From assembly GCA_964476605.1 (NCBI GenBank), contig CAYZBH010000004.1, positions 704-64,703 on the forward strand: DNA of 64,000 bases, given 5' to 3'. Of this stretch, positions 1 to 8,797 are shown one piece after another. Under the pieces are notes generated by a model, which saw only the letters and a list, made by a program, of their open reading frames with translations, searched no databases and had not been told where the DNA came from. Made by a program: the position numbers and the translations under genes. The DNA comes from an uncultured Thermoanaerobaculia bacterium. Its GTDB lineage: Bacteria; Acidobacteriota; Thermoanaerobaculia; Multivoradales; JAGPDF01. The stretch's first letter is position 1. Every line of letters begins with the position of its first letter.

Positions 1-352
1 CCTCTTCGTTCGTCACGCACGGGGGGGACGTGGGACGAGCGGAGGGAGGTCCGCGAAGCGTCGGGATGGCATCGTGCCCGGGACGGAACACGGCGACGAG
101 GACGGGCGCCGGCGGCGCGGGCTCGGGCAGCGGCGGCGCGAGACCGGCGACCGCCGGGAGGCAGGCGGCGAACGCGCCGGCCCCGGCCGCACCCGCCGCG
201 GCGAGCAGCACGATCGCGACGAGCAGCAGGGCGACGGTTCGACGCATGCGCGGGGCGCAGTCTACAGGGTCCGGCGCGCGGGGCGCGCTATCGTCGAGCC
301 GGGACGGACGCCGGATCGACGGCGCGCGTGGCTCCCGACGGAGGTTCGTGGC

Positions 353-763
353 ATGGACAAGAGCGCCTGGTACTCCCGTTTCGCCAAGGCCGCGTCGCAC
401 TTCTGTGGAAGACCGCGGGTCTTCGTCCTCGCGGTCCTGGTCATCCTGGCGTGGATCGTCACCGGCCCGATCTTCCACTTCAGCGACACCTGGCAGCTGG
501 TCATCAACACCGGCACCACGATCGTGACCTTCCTGATGGTCTTCCTCATCCAGAACACCCAGAACCGCGACACCGAGGCGATCCAGATCAAGCTCGACGA
601 GCTGATCCGCGCGACCCAGGGGGCGCACAACGCGCTGCTGGATCTCGAGGAGCTCGAGGAGGGGGCGCTCGACGGCTTCCGCGCGCGCTACGAATCGCTC
701 GCGGCCGCGGCGCGGGTGGAGCTCCAACGCGGCGTCGACGACACCGGGACCCCCGAGGCCTGA
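353..763 (+). CDS. Small membrane protein, low-affinity iron permease-like family (Pfam Iron_permease/PF04120-like)
   Basis: ORF 74..763 trimmed to ATG at 353 (MDKSAWYSRFAKAAS...). One hydrophobic helix followed by the conserved stretch SDTWQLVINTGTTIVTFLMVFLIQNTQNRD, characteristic of this family. The upstream part of the track ORF is low-complexity Arg/Gly overprint. Confidence 0.55.
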   Translation: MDKSAWYSRFAKAASHFCGRPRVFVLAVLVILAWIVTGPIFHFSDTWQLVINTGTTIVTFLMVFLIQNTQNRDTEAIQIKLDELIRATQGAHNALLDLEELEEGALDGFRARYESLAAAARVELQRGVDDTGTPEA

Positions 764-789
764 CGAGCGAGAGCCTCCCGGCCCTCGTT

Positions 790-1284
790 TCAGGGATTCT
801 GCCGGGCGATCTTCTGGTGCAGGGCGTTGACTTCGACGAGCGCCGCCGACCCGTAGTACTGGTGGTACTCGGCGGCGAGCTCGCCCCGCTGGACGGCGGG
901 GTCGGTCGCGACCAGCTGCTTCGCTTCGTCGACGCCGGCGACCGCGAAGACGAAGAGGCCGCGCCAGCCGTCGACGCCGTCGAGCGGGCCGGCCAGCACG
1001 AGCTTCCCCTCCGCGGCGAGCCGCCGGATGTTGTCGAGGTGGGCGTGGAACATCGCGTCGCGCTCCGGGCCCTTCGGAACCGGCGTCGGCCCGCTCTTCA
1101 GGATCACCAGGACGTAGCTCCGCATGCCGTACTCGTCGGCGCCGAGCTGGCGCGCCAGGGCTTCGTCGTAGGTCGGCGCCGGCGGCGAGCCGCTCTCGGC
1201 CCGACCGGGTGCCGCCGCCACGAGGAGCGCGACGAGCGCGAGCGCCCGAGCGGCCCAACCGCTCCTTCCATCTTTCTTCGTCAT
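790..1284 (-). CDS. YciI-like domain protein with N-terminal signal peptide
   Basis: ORF 790..1302 on the minus strand. Likely start is MTKKDG... at 1284, followed by a hydrophobic signal (ALALVALLVAAAPGRA). The MFHAHLDNIRRLAAEGKLVLAGPL segment matches the YciI-like fold. Confidence 0.5.
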   Translation of the reverse strand: MTKKDGRSGWAARALALVALLVAAAPGRAESGSPPAPTYDEALARQLGADEYGMRSYVLVILKSGPTPVPKGPERDAMFHAHLDNIRRLAAEGKLVLAGPLDGVDGWRGLFVFAVAGVDEAKQLVATDPAVQRGELAAEYHQYYGSAALVEVNALHQKIARQNP

Positions 1285-1423
1285 CTCGTCTCCTCGCCCC
1301 ATCCGAGAACTCTAGAATACTGGCCACGGCTTTCAAGGCCCCGGAGGTCCACCATGTCGAACCGGTCGCTGCCGATCTCCCGCGTGGCATCCGCCACCCG
1401 GCGGGCCCTCGTCTAGCGTGCGG

Positions 1424-2683
1424 ATGGCTGCGCGTCCGCGGGTGGTGATCGTCGGCGGTGGGTTCGGCGGGCTCGCCGCCGCGCAGGCGCTCCGCCGCGC
1501 GCCGGTCGACGTCGTGCTCGTCGATCGCACCAACCACCACCTCTTCCAGCCGCTGCTCTATCAAGTGGCGACGGCGGGGCTGGCACCCGGCGACATCGCG
1601 GCGCCGATCCGCCAGATCCTGCGCCGGCAGAAGAACGCGACGGTTCTGATGGGCGAAGCCGTGGGGCTCGACGCCGCGGCGAGGACGTTGCGGGTGAGGA
1701 TCAGCGAGCGGGTCGAGCACGCGCTCGGTTACGACGCGCTGATCCTCGCGACGGGGGTCACCAAGAGCTGGTTCGGGCGCGACGACTTCGCCCGCCACGC
1801 GCCGGGACTGAAGACGCTCGAGGACGCGACCGCGGTGCGCGGACGAGTGCTGGGCGCCTTCGAGTGCGCCGAGGCGGAGGAACGGGAGGAGGCGCGGCGG
1901 GATCTGCTCACCCTCGTCCTGGTGGGCGCCGGGCCGACCGGCGTCGAGATGGCCGGGGCGATCGCCGAGCTCGCGCGCGCGACGCTGGTCGAGGACTTTC
2001 GCCGCATCGATCCGAAGCGGGCCCGCATCGTGCTCGTCGAAGCGGGGCCGCGGATCCTGCCGACCTTCCACCCCGAGCTCGCCCGCCGCACCCATCTCCG
2101 GCTCGAGCGGATGGGAGTCGAGATCCGGCTCGGTCATCCGGTCGAGTCGATCGACGGGCGGGGCGTGGAGGTCGGAGGCGAGCGGATCGGCGCCGGCGTC
2201 GTCCTCTGGACCGCCGGCGTCACCCCCTCGCCCGCGGCGGCCTGGCTGGGCGCCGAGACCGACCGCGCCGGACGGGTGCGGGTCGAGCCCGACCTCTCGG
2301 TGCCGGGTCGGCCGGAGATCTTCGTCGTCGGCGACCTCGCGGCCCGGCTCCAGGACGGCGTTCCGCTGCCGGGCGTGGCGCAGGTGGCGCTGCAGGGGGG
2401 GCGCTACGTCGGCAAGCTCCTGGCGCGCCGGGTGGCGGGTCGCCCGGCGCCGCTCCCCTTCCGCTACCGCGACAAGGGGAACCTCGCGGTGGTCGGACGC
2501 AACTACGCGGTGCTCGAGCGGGGGCGACTCCGGCTCTCGGGCTGGCTCGCCTGGAGTCTCTGGGCCACGCTGCACATCGCCTACCTCGCCCTCTTCAACA
2601 ACCGTTTGCTCGTCTTCACGCAGTGGGTCTGGTCCTACTTCACCTGGCAGCGTGGCTCCCGCCTGATCCTCGGCCGGCACTGA
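1424..2683 (+). CDS. ndh: Type II NADH:quinone oxidoreductase (NDH-2), FAD-dependent pyridine nucleotide-disulfide oxidoreductase
   Basis: N-terminal Rossmann GxGxxG (VVIVGGGFGGLAAAQAL). A second dinucleotide motif (LVGAGPTGVEMAGAIAEL). FVVGDLA near the C-terminus. The length and architecture are typical of NDH-2. The track ORF begins at GTG 1418; ATG at 1424 is preferred. Confidence 0.85.
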   Translation: MAARPRVVIVGGGFGGLAAAQALRRAPVDVVLVDRTNHHLFQPLLYQVATAGLAPGDIAAPIRQILRRQKNATVLMGEAVGLDAAARTLRVRISERVEHALGYDALILATGVTKSWFGRDDFARHAPGLKTLEDATAVRGRVLGAFECAEAEEREEARRDLLTLVLVGAGPTGVEMAGAIAELARATLVEDFRRIDPKRARIVLVEAGPRILPTFHPELARRTHLRLERMGVEIRLGHPVESIDGRGVEVGGERIGAGVVLWTAGVTPSPAAAWLGAETDRAGRVRVEPDLSVPGRPEIFVVGDLAARLQDGVPLPGVAQVALQGGRYVGKLLARRVAGRPAPLPFRYRDKGNLAVVGRNYAVLERGRLRLSGWLAWSLWATLHIAYLALFNNRLLVFTQWVWSYFTWQRGSRLILGRH

Positions 2684-2713
2684 TGGAGCCGGTCTCGCGC
2701 CGGCGATCGCTCC

Positions 2714-5700
2714 TCACCCCGGGCGCTCGGACAGCAGAATCGCCACCTGGCGCGCCAGCTCGGCCGAGGTGAAGGGCTTCTGCAGGAGCCGGACCCCCGC
2801 TTCCACGACCCCGCGCTCGCCGAGCGCGACGTCGGTGTAGCCGGACATGTAGAGCACGCGGAGCTCCGGGATCCGCTGCCGGAGCTCGCTCGCGAGGTCA
2901 GCGCCGCTCCGTCCCGGCATCACGACGTCGGTGAGCAGGAGATCCGGCACGAGCCCTTCGCGCTCGATCGCCGCCAGCGCCTCGTCGGCGTCCGCCGCCT
3001 GCGTCACTCGATAGCCCTGGCTCCCGAGCATGGCGGCGAGAAGCGCCCGGAGCGCGGGCTCGTCCTCGACCACGAGCAGGTGCTCTCCGGAGCCCCGCAC
3101 CGACTCCGCAGGGGGCTGCTCCGCTGCGAGAGGAACGGTGGCCTCGCCGGCGGCTCGCGGGAGGTAGATCTTGAACGTCGCCCCCAGTCCAGGCTCGCTG
3201 TAGACCCAGATCCCTCCGCGCAACTGCTGGACGATCCCCCAGACCGTCGCGAGTCCGAGGCCGGTGCCGGTGCCCGCCGGCTTGGTGGTGAAGAACGGCT
3301 CGAAGATGTGAGCGCGGGTCGCCGCGTCCATGCCGGTGCCGGTGTCACTCACGGCGAGCTGGACGTAGCTGCCGGGAGAGAGGTCGAGGTGGCGGCGGGC
3401 GAGCTCGTCGTCGAGCTCGACCGGCTCGACGGCGATCGTGAGCTTCCCACCGCGCGGCATCGCCTCGCGGGCGTTGACGACGAGGTTCATGAGCACCTGC
3501 TCGAGCCGCGTGCGGTCGCCCAGGACGAGGGCCCCTTCGGCCCCGAGGTGCGTCTCGAGCGCGATGTCCTCCCCGAGCAGGCGGTGGAGCAGGCTCTCGA
3601 GCCCCCTGACGACCTGGTCGAGATCGAGGAGCTCGGAGCGGAATGCCTGCGAGCGGCTGAAGGCGAGCAGCTGCTGCGTGAGCTCCGCGGCGCGCCCGCC
3701 GGCGGTCGCGATCTCTTCCACGTGACGCCGGCGTGGATCTTCCGCCGCGAGCGCCTCGAGCAAGGTGGAGCAGTAGCCGAGGATCACCATCAGCAGGTTG
3801 TTGAAGTCGTGCGCCACGCCGCCAGCGAGCCGGCCGATCGCCTCGAGCTTCTGCGCTTGGCGCAGCTGCCTCTCGCGGTTCTCGAGCTCCTTCTCGGCCT
3901 CGATCGAGCGCAGGGCGAACGCCACGTCCTGGACCACCTCACGCAACAGGTCGAGCTCCTCCGGGTCGTCGCACAGGCCGGCGGCGAGGGAGGCGGCAAG
4001 GTAGCCGTAGCGCCGCCCCTCCTGCTCGATCGGCAAGGCGATGCGGTCCTCGCCGGGTGATTCGTCGGCGGCGTCGTCGGCGGGCCCCGCGAGGCCGCTC
4101 GAGCTCCGTTCCGTCGCGCGGCGGATCGCGGGTCCGCGCCGCTCGAGCGCCTCGCGCGCGATCTCCGGGAGCCCGCCGGTCGCGGGATCGGGGAGGAGCG
4201 GCGCCCGGCGCTCTCCGGCCTCACCCAGGGCGGTCAGCCGGTCCGCCGACTCGTCGGTCAGGGCGATGGCGACCGCGCCGAAGCCGCGCGCCTCGACCAG
4301 GAGCTCGCAGGCGGATTGCACCAGCCGGGCGGCGTCCCGTTCCCGAGTGATGAGCTGGTTGACGTTGCGGACCGCTCGCAGCACCGAGTTCAGGTGGGCG
4401 ATCCGGGTCTCGGAGTGCCGCCGTGCCGAGACGTCGCGGAAGACCGCGACCACGTGCGGGCGCCCCTCCAGGAAGAGGGGAGTGGCGCTGATCGCCGCCG
4501 CGAAGAGCGTGCCGTCGGCGCGGCGGACCCAGAGGTCGGGCGCCGTGACGAGCTCACCGCGGAGCTGGCGGTCGATCGCGTCGAGGACGCGCGGGCGCTC
4601 GTTCTCGGGGTGGAGATCCTCGATGACCATCGTCTCGAGGATTTCCGGGGGGTGGCCGAGAAGGCGGAGGAAAGCGGCGTTGGCGCGCACGATCCGGTGG
4701 CTCGCCGCGTCGGCGATCACGAGTCCGTCGCCGACGCTCTCGAAAATCGTCCGGAGCGTCGACTCCGAGCGGGCGAGGGCCTCCTGGGCTCCGGAGAGGG
4801 CGCGGAAGTGCGCCTTGGCGTCGCGCTGCCAGACGGCGACGGCCGCGCCCGCCGCCGCGAGCAGGAGGGTCGCCAGGAGGGCGAGAATCTGCCAGAGCCG
4901 CTCTCGCGCCGGCGCCAGCGCCTCCTCGGCATCGATGCGGGCGACCAGATGCCAGGGCGATCCCGGGACGGCGCGCAGGGCGGCGAGCACCGGGTGCCCC
5001 TGGTAGTCGATCCCCTCGACCTCGCCGCTGATCCCTCGCGCCGCCATGGCGGCGGGGAGGCGTGGCGAGGAGAGCGGGAACCGGAGGCGGAGCGCCGCGC
5101 CGTCGCGGAACTTGAGATCGTTGAGGAAGAGCACTTCGTCCCCCTCGCGGCGGACGAGCAGGGTCTCCGCGGTTCGGCTCGGGGTCGGCCAGCGCCGCAG
5201 CATGGGGTAGAGATAGGTCTCCGGGTCGACCGTCAGGACGAGCGCACCGAGAGAGCGGCGTCCCTCCGGCGCGGGTGCGGAGAGCGGCACCCGGAGCGCG
5301 AGTCGGGGCGGGCTCTCGGGCGACTCCCGCGTCAGAATCCCGAATTCGATCGCGTCGCCACCGGTGCCGGTCGAGGAGCGTGGCGCGATGCGGGCGCCCT
5401 CCGGATCGCGGATCGTCGCGCCCGCCTCCCCAAGGGCGAGACGTTCCCGATCGGCGGCGTCGAGAAGCGCGATGCGCGAGTAGCCGTAGCTGGTCCGCAG
5501 CCCGTCGAGCCAGGAACGGAGCGCCGCGCGGGCGGCGCCGTCCTCCGGCGCGTCGAACTGACGGCGGACGAGCTCGAGGAGCGCCTCATTGTCGCGCAGC
5601 AGCGTGGCGTCGCCCATCCGCTCGCGCCGCCAGAGGTCGAGCGCTTCGACCTTGAGATCGGCGATCGCGCCGAGGGACTCCAGGACGCTCGTCCGGTATC

Positions 5701-6490
5701 CCCGCTCGTAGCGGACGAAGTAAGCCTGGGCGCCGGCGATGGCGCCGATGCCGCCGAGCGCGAGGATCCAGAAGAAGAGGATCGCCGCCCGCCGCGCCGC
5801 GGGATCCGCGGGCCGATCGAGGTGCCGCGCACGTTCGATCGCGAGCAGGAGGATCGAGCTGCCGAGCGCGACGAACGCGAGCGAGGTCGAGAGCGCCGGC
5901 GGGATGAAGGCGCCGCCGTAGAGCAGCGGTCGGCCGAGGAGGTAGGCGAGAGAGAGGACGACTCCGCCCAGGAGGACCCCGCCGGCGGCGAGCCCCGAGG
6001 CGAGCCCCCGGCCTCCTCCTCCGGGTCGCACTCTCAGCAGGAGGAGAAACGCCGTGCCGGTGAGGAGGAAGAGCGCCGCCGTGAGCGGGGACATGTGGCC
6101 GAGCGGGATTCCACCGGGGAGAGTCGCGGTCGCGATTCCCGGGTGCTCGAAGGAGAGATCCAGACCGAGCGACGAACCGAGGAGCACCGCGAGCGCGACC
6201 AAGCTCGCGGCGCCGCCGAGTGCCGTGAGCGCGGCCCGAAGTCGAGCAGAGTCCGGCAGGCGGTGGGCCAGGAGCGTCGCGGCTCCGAGGAGGATGAAGA
6301 GGATCGCCGTGCTCGGCGCCATCGGGATCCGCTCCGGGGCGAGGGCGGCGAGCCCGAGGTGGCCGGTCACCCAACCGGCGATCGCGAGCGCCCCCAGGAG
6401 CAGCGCGACGAGCGCGCACGCCGGCGCCGTCCGCCCGGCGGTGCGCGAGCCCGGGCGCTCGGCCCTCTCGACCCGCCTCCGAAGATGCAT
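2714..6490 (-). CDS. Hybrid sensor histidine kinase / response regulator with multi-TM N-terminal sensor, PAS/GAF-like region, HisKA, HATPase_c and C-terminal receiver
   Basis: ORF 2714..6775 on the minus strand. Likely start is MHLRRR at 6490. About 10 predicted TM helices are followed by a cytoplasmic region. H-box: GGVAHDFNNLLMVILGY. ATP-lid: DTGTGMD...GTGLGLATV. Receiver: LLVVEDEPALR...LLLTDVVMPGRSG...LYMSGY. Confidence 0.85.
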   Translation of the reverse strand: MHLRRRVERAERPGSRTAGRTAPACALVALLLGALAIAGWVTGHLGLAALAPERIPMAPSTAILFILLGAATLLAHRLPDSARLRAALTALGGAASLVALAVLLGSSLGLDLSFEHPGIATATLPGGIPLGHMSPLTAALFLLTGTAFLLLLRVRPGGGGRGLASGLAAGGVLLGGVVLSLAYLLGRPLLYGGAFIPPALSTSLAFVALGSSILLLAIERARHLDRPADPAARRAAILFFWILALGGIGAIAGAQAYFVRYERGYRTSVLESLGAIADLKVEALDLWRRERMGDATLLRDNEALLELVRRQFDAPEDGAARAALRSWLDGLRTSYGYSRIALLDAADRERLALGEAGATIRDPEGARIAPRSSTGTGGDAIEFGILTRESPESPPRLALRVPLSAPAPEGRRSLGALVLTVDPETYLYPMLRRWPTPSRTAETLLVRREGDEVLFLNDLKFRDGAALRLRFPLSSPRLPAAMAARGISGEVEGIDYQGHPVLAALRAVPGSPWHLVARIDAEEALAPARERLWQILALLATLLLAAAGAAVAVWQRDAKAHFRALSGAQEALARSESTLRTIFESVGDGLVIADAASHRIVRANAAFLRLLGHPPEILETMVIEDLHPENERPRVLDAIDRQLRGELVTAPDLWVRRADGTLFAAAISATPLFLEGRPHVVAVFRDVSARRHSETRIAHLNSVLRAVRNVNQLITRERDAARLVQSACELLVEARGFGAVAIALTDESADRLTALGEAGERRAPLLPDPATGGLPEIAREALERRGPAIRRATERSSSGLAGPADDAADESPGEDRIALPIEQEGRRYGYLAASLAAGLCDDPEELDLLREVVQDVAFALRSIEAEKELENRERQLRQAQKLEAIGRLAGGVAHDFNNLLMVILGYCSTLLEALAAEDPRRRHVEEIATAGGRAAELTQQLLAFSRSQAFRSELLDLDQVVRGLESLLHRLLGEDIALETHLGAEGALVLGDRTRLEQVLMNLVVNAREAMPRGGKLTIAVEPVELDDELARRHLDLSPGSYVQLAVSDTGTGMDAATRAHIFEPFFTTKPAGTGTGLGLATVWGIVQQLRGGIWVYSEPGLGATFKIYLPRAAGEATVPLAAEQPPAESVRGSGEHLLVVEDEPALRALLAAMLGSQGYRVTQAADADEALAAIEREGLVPDLLLTDVVMPGRSGADLASELRQRIPELRVLYMSGYTDVALGERGVVEAGVRLLQKPFTSAELARQVAILLSERPG

Positions 6491-6698
6491 GGCACCTCCC
6501 GGCTCGCGACCCTCGCCCGGTTTGCGACGATTCGGTTCCTTCGCCGACTGAAATGATACTCGAAACGTTCCCCGGGAGCAGCTCGCCGCGGCCGCCGCAG
6601 CTCCTCTCACGCGGGGAAGCGAAGGGCCGATCCCTTTCGGGTTTCGCGCGTCTGCCGCTGGGCTGTAACCACGACCGGCTCGGGAGGTAGTTGTCTTT

Positions 6699-8087
6699 GT
6701 GCCTCGGTCGTCCGTCGTCGGCTGGACCCTGGCCGCTCTCCTGACGGCGGCGCCGCCGGTGTCCGCGCGGAGCACCGCGATCCCGGTCGGCGAAGACCCT
6801 CGAACCGCCGCCGCACCGGTCGCTCCGGCGAACGACGGGGCGGCGCGATGGGAGAAAGAGAAGCCGATCGACGCTCTCGTCGCGCCCTTCGCGGAAAAGG
6901 GCTACTTCTCCGGCGTCGTCCTGGTCGCGGAGAAGGGCAGGGTCGTCTACGAGAAGGCCTTCGGCCTCGCGAGCGTGGAGCTCGGCATGCCGCTCGCGCC
7001 CGACAGCCGCATCGGCATCGCTTCGATCACGAAGCCGATGACGGCGGTGGTCCTGGCCCGGCTCGTCGAGGAGCGGAAGATCGCTCTCGCGGACAAGTTG
7101 AGCCGCTACCTCCCGGAGTTCCCGAACGGGAACGCGATCACGATCGAGATGCTCGCGACTCATCGCGCGGGGATCCCGCACCGCGTCCTCGCGCCGGAGC
7201 TCGAGGCGGTGCCGCACACCTTGGCCGAAATGGTCGAGAGGATCGCCGAGACGAAGCCGCTCTTCGCGCCGGGGGCCGACCGGACCTACAGCTCGGCGGG
7301 TTACACGCTGCTCGCGCGGCTGCTCGAGATCGCCTCGGGGCGGACCTACCCAGAGCTCCTGCGGCGGTACGTCTTCGACCCCGCCGGCATGAGGGACTCG
7401 CTCGAGTTCGACAGCGAGCGGCCGATCGCCCGACGGGCGCAGGAGTACCTCCTACGGCCGGAGGGGTGGGTCGACGCGCCCCTCAAGGACTATTCCTTCT
7501 TGGTCGGCGCCGGCTCGGTCTTCGCGACCGCGCGCGACGTCTACCGCTTCGGCCGGGCGGCGCTGGACGGGGTCTACGGCGAGAGCGTCCGGTCGGCATT
7601 GGCGAGCGACGGTGCCTTCCGCGGCAGCGGCAGGACGAACGGGCACCGGGCGTACGTCCAGATCGACGATCCGAAGGGGTACGGCTTCGTTCTCCTCTCG
7701 AACCTCTCCTCCGGCGCCTTCGACATCTTGACGACGAACCTCTCCGACCTGCTCGAGGGGCGCGAGCCGTCCATCCGGAGCTTCGAGGTCCCGAGGCTCG
7801 TGGACGTCGACCCGAAGAAGCTCGCCGAGCTCGTCGGAACCTACGGCCGCGCCGACGGCGGCCGCTTCGAGATCGAGCTCGACGACCGCGGCCTGCACTC
7901 CGGGGAGATCCGGATCTACCCGGTCGGCGGCGACTGCTTCTTCGACTACTCCTTCTTCGGCGACATTTGCTTTCACCGCGACGAGGCCGGCGGCGCGACC
8001 TCGATCGTCTGGAAGGGCGCCGGCTACGAGCTGAAAGGGACGCGGCGGCCGAAGCCGGACGCGGAGCGCCCGCCGGATCGTCCGTAG
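6699..8087 (+). CDS. Secreted serine hydrolase of the beta-lactamase / penicillin-binding (class C-like) family
   Basis: GTG start with signal peptide (MPRSSVVGWTLAALLTAAPPVSA). SxxK active-site motif (ASITKPMTAVVLARLVEE). YSSAGY (YxN/YSx-like) downstream. Size and order of motifs fit PF00144. Confidence 0.75.
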   Translation: MPRSSVVGWTLAALLTAAPPVSARSTAIPVGEDPRTAAAPVAPANDGAARWEKEKPIDALVAPFAEKGYFSGVVLVAEKGRVVYEKAFGLASVELGMPLAPDSRIGIASITKPMTAVVLARLVEERKIALADKLSRYLPEFPNGNAITIEMLATHRAGIPHRVLAPELEAVPHTLAEMVERIAETKPLFAPGADRTYSSAGYTLLARLLEIASGRTYPELLRRYVFDPAGMRDSLEFDSERPIARRAQEYLLRPEGWVDAPLKDYSFLVGAGSVFATARDVYRFGRAALDGVYGESVRSALASDGAFRGSGRTNGHRAYVQIDDPKGYGFVLLSNLSSGAFDILTTNLSDLLEGREPSIRSFEVPRLVDVDPKKLAELVGTYGRADGGRFEIELDDRGLHSGEIRIYPVGGDCFFDYSFFGDICFHRDEAGGATSIVWKGAGYELKGTRRPKPDAERPPDRP

Positions 8088-8110
8088 GGCAGGTGGGGAC
8101 GGGTGGGACG

Positions 8111-8126
8111 GGTGCCAGCCGATTTT
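8111..8126. repeat. REP-like element copy (GGTGCCAGCCGATTTT), between the convergent gene ends at 8087 and 8156
   Basis: Exact core shared with at least 24 other intergenic copies in this window. Followed by a short direct repeat GATTTCCGTCG x2. Confidence 0.6.
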
Positions 8127-8155
8127 CCGTCGATTTCCGTCGGCGGAGCGGGGCC

Positions 8156-8566
8156 TCAGCGCGTCGCGTGGACCTCGCGGAGCTCGACGCCCTGGGCGTC
8201 GGTGATGCCGCCCCTCAAGCTCTCGCCGTCGAGGCGGTACCACCAGGTGCAGCCGGGGCAGCGCGGCGCGTCGAAGCGGTAGGTCCAGCGGCCGTCCTGG
8301 TCCGACCAGGTGAGGTCGAACTCGCCCATCGACTCGAAGGCACCGGCGACGAGCTTCTGCGCGTCCATGTGGTAGCGCGCCGGCCCGCGGGGGTTCGCGG
8401 TGACGACGTAGCGGATCGTCTCGTCCTTGCAGGGGCTCCCGGGCTCCTGATGGATGCAGACGGAGGTGCCGTGCCACTCGCCCAAGAGGGCGTCCCCCGG
8501 GGAGGCGGCCCACGCGAAGGCGGACGCGACGCCGAGGCAAGTAGTGAGACAGAACTCACGGAGCAT
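8156..8566 (-). CDS. Hypothetical secreted Cys-containing protein
   Basis: ORF 8156..8710 trimmed to MLREFCLTTCLGVASAFAWA (signal peptide) at 8566. 6 Cys in the mature part. I recognise no family. Confidence 0.4.
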   Translation of the reverse strand: MLREFCLTTCLGVASAFAWAASPGDALLGEWHGTSVCIHQEPGSPCKDETIRYVVTANPRGPARYHMDAQKLVAGAFESMGEFDLTWSDQDGRWTYRFDAPRCPGCTWWYRLDGESLRGGITDAQGVELREVHATR

Positions 8567-8797
8567 GGGACCCCCCGGCCATCCGGCCTTTGTCCTGGTC
8601 GCAGAGACTAGCGAATTCGAGACCCCGAATAGATACGGGCTCCCAGCCATGAAGTGCGCCCTCAGGCGATGGGGGTCTGATCCAAGCAAGGCTCCGGACA
8701 GGCGCCGCACGAGATGTCAAGGGCTTGCACCCAAGCCTTCGTTGGGGCCGGCGCGGGCTGTCAGGAATCGGGCCTACAATCAAGGCCGGAGGCCACC

